Shown piece after piece: positions 57,374 through 64,000 of a stretch of DNA of 64,000 nucleotides; the stretch's first letter is position 1, and each line of letters starts with the position of its first letter. The notes beneath the pieces were generated by a model, which was not told where the DNA came from, made no database searches, and saw only the letters and a program-made list of their open reading frames with translations. This DNA comes from Candidatus Kapaibacterium sp. (GTDB lineage Bacteria > Bacteroidota > Ignavibacteria > Kapaibacteriales > UBA2268): the NCBI GenBank assembly GCA_963664875.1, contig OY761611.1, positions 1,568,001-1,632,000 on the forward strand, given 5' to 3'. The position numbers and the translations under genes were made by a program.

Positions 57374-57425
57374 AATTGTTTATGGCAGGCGGTTTTATTA
57401 TTTTATTTTTTTTGAAATCGACAAA

Positions 57426-58745
57426 ATGAGAATGAAAAAAGTACTTATAGTGGCTTATTACTTCCCTCCTTCCGGTGGCCCGGGAGTGCAGAGAGTGCTT
57501 AAGCACATAAAATATCTTCCCGAATTTGGTTGGCAGCCTGTGGTGCTGACTGTTTCAAATGGTCAGTACCCTGCCATAGATGAGTCTTTACTCGTGCAGG
57601 TGCCCGAATCTACTATCATATATAAGAGTAGAATACTTGAGCCTTATGACTTATATCGTAAGTTCACGGGCAAAAAGAAAGGAACAGCAATCGATGTAAA
57701 TACTATCAAAAAAGAGGGACAGAAAGTTTCTTTTACCGAAAAAATTGCAGAGCTTATTAGAGCTACTTTTTTCATACCGGATGCAAGAGTGGGTTGGCTT
57801 TTTACTGCAAAAGATGCAGTTGCTCAAATCCTCAAAGAGCACAAAATAGACGCTGTTTATTCAAGCTCGCCTCCTTACACTTGCTCTCTGATTGCTAATC
57901 ATGTGAAAAAGATTACAAATATGCCATGGGTGGCAGGTTTTCGTGATCCTTGGACAGGATTTATATCATCTCCGAACAGATGGTTTTTGCCAAAGATGAT
58001 AGATAAGAAGATGGAATTCAACACATTTAACAATGCAGATGCGGTTGAATGTGCATGGCAGGGAATCATCAAAGACGCAATGGGAAAATATCCGAGATTG
58101 GACGAATCTAAATTTTTCCATGTGCCAAACGGATTTGACTCATCTGACTTTCCTCAGGTGGAGGAAGTGCAAAATGATAAGTTTACCGTTACATATACGG
58201 GCTCGATGTATGGCAGACGCAACCCGGCAAGTTTCTTTGAAGCAATCGAAAAGCTCATTAGTCAAAACCTCATAGATCCTCAAAAGCTGCATCTTCGATT
58301 TGTTGGCAGGTTTGGCGGAGAAGTAGAAGAAATGTTTGAAAAAGCATCGTTCTCTTCTCAGATTGAAAAAGTCAGCTATGTGCCTCATCACGAAAGTATC
58401 AAATACCTTATGCAGTCCGACGCACTACTGCTTGTAGTCGATGAATCCAAAGAGAGTGAGGAAATAGTGCCGGGCAAAGTCTATGAATATGTAGGCTGCA
58501 AACGTCCGATAATAGCCATTGCACCACCAAAAAGTGCAATAGCTAATTTGATGCACGAAACAAACTCGGGCAGGATAGCTCACCAAAGCGAAATCGACAA
58601 AACTTGTGATATAATATTGGAATATTACAGGAATTGGCAGTCAGGCGGAAAAAATTATGCACCCAATACAGATATTATACGTAAATACGAAAGACGCGAA
58701 GCCGCTAAAACTTTAGCAGAGCTTTTAAATAATTTTACTAAATAG
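57426..58745 (+). CDS. Glycosyltransferase family 4
   Basis: YYFPPSGGPGVQR, FRDPW, VPNGFD, PGKVYEY. Confidence 0.9.
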   Translation: MRMKKVLIVAYYFPPSGGPGVQRVLKHIKYLPEFGWQPVVLTVSNGQYPAIDESLLVQVPESTIIYKSRILEPYDLYRKFTGKKKGTAIDVNTIKKEGQKVSFTEKIAELIRATFFIPDARVGWLFTAKDAVAQILKEHKIDAVYSSSPPYTCSLIANHVKKITNMPWVAGFRDPWTGFISSPNRWFLPKMIDKKMEFNTFNNADAVECAWQGIIKDAMGKYPRLDESKFFHVPNGFDSSDFPQVEEVQNDKFTVTYTGSMYGRRNPASFFEAIEKLISQNLIDPQKLHLRFVGRFGGEVEEMFEKASFSSQIEKVSYVPHHESIKYLMQSDALLLVVDESKESEEIVPGKVYEYVGCKRPIIAIAPPKSAIANLMHETNSGRIAHQSEIDKTCDIILEYYRNWQSGGKNYAPNTDIIRKYERREAAKTLAELLNNFTK

Positions 58746-58756
58746 ATCGGTGTTAC

Positions 58757-60811
58757 ATGAGAGATTTCATCAAAACTCTTAAAACTGTTGCCATTGCTAC
58801 GGCGATAGCTTCATCTTCTCTTTTTGCCGAGGAAGGAATGTGGACTTTTGACAATCCGCCTCTTCAGAAACTGAAAGACAAATATAACTTTATGCCTGAC
58901 AAAAACTGGTTAGAGCATATAAGACTTTCATCAGTGCGAATAAATGACGGTGGCTCGGGCTCATTTGTCAGCCCTTATGGTTTGATTATGACTAACCACC
59001 ACGTTGCACTTTCTCAGATACAAAAGCTTTCAACTCAGGATTTTGACATTGTAAAAAATGGCTTTTATGCTCCTAATCAGGGAGATGAGCTAAAATGTAA
59101 AGATCTTGAAATCAATGTGCTTATGGAAATGCACAACGTTACTGACAGAGTAAATGCTGTTATTAACGAAGACATGGATTTGGAAGAAATTGAAGCAAAA
59201 AAAGGCGAAATTTTTGAGGATATCAGAAATGAATTTGCTGACAAGACAGGTCTCAGAGCGGACAAAGTAAACCTATACTACGGTGGTGAATACTGGATAT
59301 ATTTGTACAAAAAATATACAGATATTAGATTAGTATTTGCTCCTGAGTACAAAGCCGGTTTCTTTGGTGATGCTTATGACAACTTTACTTATCCGCGTTA
59401 TAACTTGGATTGCACTTTTCTTCGTGCTTATGAAGACGGCAAACCTGTAAATTCTACAAACTTTCTCAAATGGAATACTCAGGGAGTAAAAGCTGACGAA
59501 CTTGTTTTCATGGCAGGCAATCCCGGAACTACTAAAAGACTATATACAAATGATCAGCTACTCGACGAAAGAGATAACGTCATCCCAATGCTTTTAGAAA
59601 CATTTGAATATACTTTAGAGCAGCTTCATGCTTATGCTGACAAATCAGAAGAAAATGCAAGAAGAGCTCAAATCAATATAATGTATCTCGAAAACAGCTA
59701 TAAGGCTTATAAAGGAATTTATGACGGATTAAATAACAAGCGTCTTATCAAACAGCATTTGGACAATGAAAATGATTTGCGGAACAAAATAAAAGCTAAC
59801 GACGAGTTAGATGATTTATACGGCGATGCTTGGGAAGAAATCAGTGATTTGATGGAAGAAAAAAAGGATTTCTATACAGCTTACTTCTACCATAGTCTTG
59901 GAAGAACTTCTCTTTTGAGATATGCAGGTGAATTGCAGGCTTGGGCAAAAGAAACCGACAAAACTATTGACAAAAATAGTGAAAGAATTGAAAACTTAGA
60001 ACGTTCAATGTTAGCTCCTATTCCTTTCTACAAAGATTTGGAAGAAGTAATGTTGCGTTCTCAGTTAGTGCTTGCAGCTAGAAACCTCGACAAAAGTGAC
60101 CCGTTTTTGAAAGCGGTGCTAAAAGGCAGAACTCCTGAACAGGCTGCCAAAGAAATAATCGCAGGTACTAAAATTGGCGACGTCGAATATCGTCGCGAGC
60201 TTCTCAAAGGTAATTCGTCTTCGGTAGAAAATTCTGATGATGCGTTCCTTGAAGTTTATAATGCTATCAAGGAAATCTCAGCTAAAGAAGGTCATTGGTT
60301 CAACGAAAATATTTACCGCCCATTATCAAAATACAGCGAACAAATAGCAAAAGCACGATTCGCAGTATATGGCAGAAATGTTTACCCTGATGCAAACTTT
60401 ACTCCACGTATAACATACGGCACTGTAAAAGGTTATGCCATGAACGGCACTCTTGCACCTCCTTTTACAACCTTGCACGGACTTTACAATAGAGCTCTTG
60501 GTTTCAACGACGAAGGTGATTTCAAGCTGCCTGAAAGATATTGGGAAAGAAAAGACAAAGTTGATTTAACTACACCATGTAATTTTGTAAGCACTTGCGA
60601 CATTATCGGAGGCAACTCAGGTTCTCCTACTTTCAATAAACGTGGCGAGATAGTCGGCCTTGTGTTTGATGGCAATATGGAATCTTTGCCGGGCAATTTT
60701 GTCTATGATTACGAAGCAAACCGAGCTTTGTCAGTTGATGCAAGATATATGATAGAAGCTTTTAGAAAACTCTATGATGCAAATAATCTTGCAGATGAGC
60801 TGACTAAATAG
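58757..60811 (+). CDS. S46 family dipeptidyl peptidase (DPP7-type)
   Basis: EEGMW, GSGSFVS, TNHH, DIIGGNSGSP; FDGN (Gly at the specificity site, as in DPP7, not Arg as in DPP11). Confidence 0.93.
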   Translation: MRDFIKTLKTVAIATAIASSSLFAEEGMWTFDNPPLQKLKDKYNFMPDKNWLEHIRLSSVRINDGGSGSFVSPYGLIMTNHHVALSQIQKLSTQDFDIVKNGFYAPNQGDELKCKDLEINVLMEMHNVTDRVNAVINEDMDLEEIEAKKGEIFEDIRNEFADKTGLRADKVNLYYGGEYWIYLYKKYTDIRLVFAPEYKAGFFGDAYDNFTYPRYNLDCTFLRAYEDGKPVNSTNFLKWNTQGVKADELVFMAGNPGTTKRLYTNDQLLDERDNVIPMLLETFEYTLEQLHAYADKSEENARRAQINIMYLENSYKAYKGIYDGLNNKRLIKQHLDNENDLRNKIKANDELDDLYGDAWEEISDLMEEKKDFYTAYFYHSLGRTSLLRYAGELQAWAKETDKTIDKNSERIENLERSMLAPIPFYKDLEEVMLRSQLVLAARNLDKSDPFLKAVLKGRTPEQAAKEIIAGTKIGDVEYRRELLKGNSSSVENSDDAFLEVYNAIKEISAKEGHWFNENIYRPLSKYSEQIAKARFAVYGRNVYPDANFTPRITYGTVKGYAMNGTLAPPFTTLHGLYNRALGFNDEGDFKLPERYWERKDKVDLTTPCNFVSTCDIIGGNSGSPTFNKRGEIVGLVFDGNMESLPGNFVYDYEANRALSVDARYMIEAFRKLYDANNLADELTK

Positions 60812-60851
60812 ATAAAAATATAAAACATTTCCAGATCAAAATGCTTTAGAT

Positions 60852-60892
60852 AAAAAAGCTGCTAATATTGAGAAATAATAGCAGCTTTTTTT
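60852..60892. terminator. Bidirectional terminator
   Basis: AAAAAAGCTGCTA...TAGCAGCTTTTTT. Confidence 0.8.
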
Positions 60893-60956
60893 GCTTATAA
60901 ACAAAGAAACAATGTTTCTAATATGGTTGATTTCGAAAATACAAATAAAAGCACTC

Positions 60957-62411
60957 CTAAGGAAGATTGTCAGTAACTACGTCTTCATCAGTATTATAGA
61001 CATTCCCGTTTTTGCAGTCAGTAAAGCTATTCCCGGTATGGCTAAGTTCTGTGTAATTGCTTAGCATAATACCAAAGTTTGCACTGTGCCTGAAGGAACA
61101 GTTTTCTAATGACAGCTTAGCATATTCAATTTTCAAATCAGCATAATCATTCATACCGCCATGCTCAATTGTACAATAAGAAAGTGCATTGTCATGAGTT
61201 GAAACTATCTCCAGCCCTTTCCAATAACCTGCTTGCTGGTTTTTACCATACAAACGAATAGGTTTTTGTGCGTTACCGTTTGCTTTGATTATGCCATCTT
61301 CGTTTACATAAAAATAAGTACCCGAATCAAAAGCAATATTTACACCTGCTTCTATAGTTAAAGTAGCATTGCCGAGCCAAATAGATCCTGCAGCCAAATA
61401 TGGAATATTTATCTCATGAATAGTAAGATTGCTCTCAATACTTTCGTTGTTTACAGTAATCAGATTGACTACATTATTACTAAAATCAGAGCTCATATCA
61501 AATTTTGCAACTTGACTGAAGCGGTAACATGTAATCGGTTTCGCACAAGTGTTGATTACATTATTTTCGAAAGCAAGGAATTTGGCATTATCAAACAAGT
61601 AAATACCATTGCTCAAAGAACCGGAAATTCGAGAGTTCTTGAGTGATAACTGTGCTTCGTAGTCTAAAATCAATGCCCCTTCGCCATTATTTATACCTGC
61701 GTTTTCTATGACTACATAATTCCAAACATTATCTGATCGGTTCGATCTTATTCTGATACCTCTCCAAGCACCGGGATTTTGATTATTCACTGGCCCAGTA
61801 AAAATCACAGGATTTTCAGATGTTCCTGTAATTTTGATTCCGGCATTTTCTTCTACAACTATTTCACCATCTACCCCGGTAAAAGCAATTTTTACTCCGG
61901 CTTCGATTGTCAAAAGTGCATTACCTGCGATACTTAGATAGCCATCAACAATATAATCAATTCCATCCCCACGATTTTTTAGAACTCGGTTTTCATTCAT
62001 TTCCCCACTTAGAGTCAGCGGTCCTTCGTTGCTTAAAGAAATTGTAGCTGTAAATTGAGCTTTGGAGCCATCTTCAGCAGTAATAGTATAAATTACAGGA
62101 TTTGAAAAATCTTGTGCGACACCTGATGCAGGGCTGATAGCTGCCTTTTCAGAAATTGTTATAATAGGAATAAGAGAAGTCAGATCTGTCAGAGCGGGAA
62201 CAGTTGCGGTAATAGTCATCGTATTGTTGTCAATGATGCCGGAAACTGCAGGAGTCAAATTACTAATCATAAACGATGTAATTTTCTTCTCGCTGCTTTT
62301 TGTTGTAGGTACAGCCGGATTGTCATCATCACTGCTGCAGGAATTAGCAGACAGCAATAAAACCGGTAAAATAATAGCTATCCACAGTATGTTGTAATAA
62401 TTTCTTCTCAT
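60957..62411 (-). CDS. Lipoprotein with a DUF5018-like Ig-fold domain and beta-helix repeats
   Basis: Lipobox-like NSC, AQDFSNPVIYTITAEDG, duplicated LTIEAGVxIAF...GxWxGI units. Confidence 0.8.
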   Translation of the reverse strand: MRRNYYNILWIAIILPVLLLSANSCSSDDDNPAVPTTKSSEKKITSFMISNLTPAVSGIIDNNTMTITATVPALTDLTSLIPIITISEKAAISPASGVAQDFSNPVIYTITAEDGSKAQFTATISLSNEGPLTLSGEMNENRVLKNRGDGIDYIVDGYLSIAGNALLTIEAGVKIAFTGVDGEIVVEENAGIKITGTSENPVIFTGPVNNQNPGAWRGIRIRSNRSDNVWNYVVIENAGINNGEGALILDYEAQLSLKNSRISGSLSNGIYLFDNAKFLAFENNVINTCAKPITCYRFSQVAKFDMSSDFSNNVVNLITVNNESIESNLTIHEINIPYLAAGSIWLGNATLTIEAGVNIAFDSGTYFYVNEDGIIKANGNAQKPIRLYGKNQQAGYWKGLEIVSTHDNALSYCTIEHGGMNDYADLKIEYAKLSLENCSFRHSANFGIMLSNYTELSHTGNSFTDCKNGNVYNTDEDVVTDNLP

Positions 62412-62541
62412 CGCATGCTCTCCGAAATATTGGAATACAATAACTTGATTTTTGCATTTAGCTTAATGAGAAGCAATATATTGTTTCGAGTTTAGAAAAT
62501 ATTGTAAAAAAACCGCAATATTGCAAAACAACAATCTTTTC

Positions 62542-63378
62542 CTAAATCGTTTCGTTCACACCTGATATAGTTTTTAGTAAATCATTTTGTTTACGGAAGA
62601 ATTGCCGAGGATTGAAACCTGTCAGTTCTCTAAAATCTTTCATAAAATGAGCTTGGTCGTAGTAATTACTATCTGAAAGAAAGGAGTTGTAATCGAAATT
62701 GTTACGCTTTACCATTTTATTGAAAATTGCATTGACTCGTGCTATGCGTATTAGCTTTTTCATGCTGACACCAGTTCTTTTCAAGAATTTTCTTTGCAGA
62801 CTACTAACAGAGCAGTAAGCATTATCAATCATTTCGTGAAGAGGTTTATGCAAACAATTATCCAGAATATTGAGATAGATATTGTCAATAGTATCGCAAA
62901 TATACACCTCTCTTGAAATACTTTTGATAAACTCCGAGAATACTTCTATTCTCTCAAGATTATCTCTTTTTTTTTCAAGGAGTTCCCAAAGCCCATTAAG
63001 TGTGTCAGGAGTCTGTGTAATCGGATAAGGAGAAGATAGTAAATCTATTTTAAAAACTTTGGATAAAATTGAAGCATTGCATATAGCAATAAACGAATCC
63101 AAATTTCCATTTATCTTTAGCTGCAGTGGCTTATTAGCAATTGAAGCAATAAATAGGGGTTTGAGTTCGAAGACTTCAGGCATAAGCACCTTAGGAATAG
63201 CACCAAAATTGAAAACAATTGCAACATCGGGGCGCGGGATAAAATTGTCTGTCATTCCTACGCTTATAAAATCAGATTTGATGGTTTCAAAGTACCTAAC
63301 TAACCATTGGATTCCGGCATCCGGTTTATAGTAATTCGTAACCAAATTAGTTGAATTTTGGTGTGATATATCATTCAT
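62542..63378 (-). CDS. AraC family transcriptional regulator
   Basis: SLQRKFLKRTGVS...YYDQAHFMKDFRELTGFNP; likely start MNDISH at 63378. Confidence 0.88.
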   Translation of the reverse strand: MNDISHQNSTNLVTNYYKPDAGIQWLVRYFETIKSDFISVGMTDNFIPRPDVAIVFNFGAIPKVLMPEVFELKPLFIASIANKPLQLKINGNLDSFIAICNASILSKVFKIDLLSSPYPITQTPDTLNGLWELLEKKRDNLERIEVFSEFIKSISREVYICDTIDNIYLNILDNCLHKPLHEMIDNAYCSVSSLQRKFLKRTGVSMKKLIRIARVNAIFNKMVKRNNFDYNSFLSDSNYYDQAHFMKDFRELTGFNPRQFFRKQNDLLKTISGVNETI

Positions 63379-63634
63379 AGCCAACCTTTCAGCAATTGAA
63401 TATAAAGTAGTATATCCAAGCAATCCTCATTCTGAGGAGAAGTCTAAACAATCGAAATTGAATATTAGTATGAATATATTTCTACTAATTTATCACATTT
63501 TAAATCTAATTCCTATATAATTCTTCTTATTCAATCGAGAGAGTTGCTTTGTATTGGCAATTCTAATAATGGAAATGTGGTAAAATTGATTAACTTTGTA
63601 GTTAGCGTTTTTATATACAAATTTGTACTGCTAA

Positions 63635-64000
63635 ATGTCCGACAGAAAATTGATAAAATCATTTTTCCAGTTTCTTTTTTCTTTAGTATTGAGAAATAAG
63701 AAGCTTATGCAAGGAGTGGAGCCTTCGAAGCTAAAAAAAGTTTTGATTATTAGACACGATGCTCTCGGGGACATGATTATTACTCTCCCTTCAATTTATT
63801 TACTTCGTAAGTTGGCACCTCAGGCAAAGATACATATACTTGCATCCAAGCGAAACTTCAAAATCTTGAAGAATGTAAAAGAAATAGATAAGGTATTTAT
63901 AGCCGAAGACGGAACACCTGAGTTCTTGAAACAGTTACTTACCATGAAAGAAGAAAAATACTCTTTAATCATTACTGCCATAACTCAGAAAATAACAAAG
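63635..64000 (+). CDS. Glycosyltransferase family 9, N-terminal part (3' truncated; absent from the ORF track)
   Basis: Manual translation MSDRKLIK...KKVLIIRHDALGDMIITLPSIYLLRKLAPQAKIHILAS; resembles the GT9 at 10485. Confidence 0.85.
   Translation, partial: MSDRKLIKSFFQFLFSLVLRNKKLMQGVEPSKLKKVLIIRHDALGDMIITLPSIYLLRKLAPQAKIHILASKRNFKILKNVKEIDKVFIAEDGTPEFLKQLLTMKEEKYSLIITAITQKITK

Noticed and set aside
434-63331. Numerous short ORFs overlapping or antisense to confident genes, plus 10232-10417 and 32141-32344
   Set aside because: Shadow ORFs with no motifs or RBS support.

Overview
An AT-rich bacterial chromosome segment. T9SS-type C-terminal sorting domains, an S46 peptidase, a Chlorobi-like nuoA/nuoB pair, flhA and GGAG Shine-Dalgarno sites suggest the Bacteroidota-Chlorobiota-Ignavibacteria/Kapabacteria group (inference). 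Most genes are housekeeping: uvrD/pcrA fragment, rlmN, gatC, recQ, nuoAB, purC, rlmD, queE, bamD, adk, flhA. I saw no tRNA, rRNA, CRISPR array, transposase or reverse transcriptase. Four things stand out. (1) Two tandem ~1410-aa secreted paralogues pair a divergent Tyr-rich beta-helix region with a conserved Ig-repeat stalk; they have matching promoters and terminators, and a collapsed third copy lies upstream. (2) An argF-arcC-pyrB-like-rocD cluster contains an ATCase-like enzyme with non-canonical active-site residues and a duplicated 60-bp structured element. (3) A XerC/D-like protein has degenerate catalytic motifs. (4) A stand-alone flhA has candidate sigma54 promoters nearby. All calls are by eye from motifs; no searches were run.
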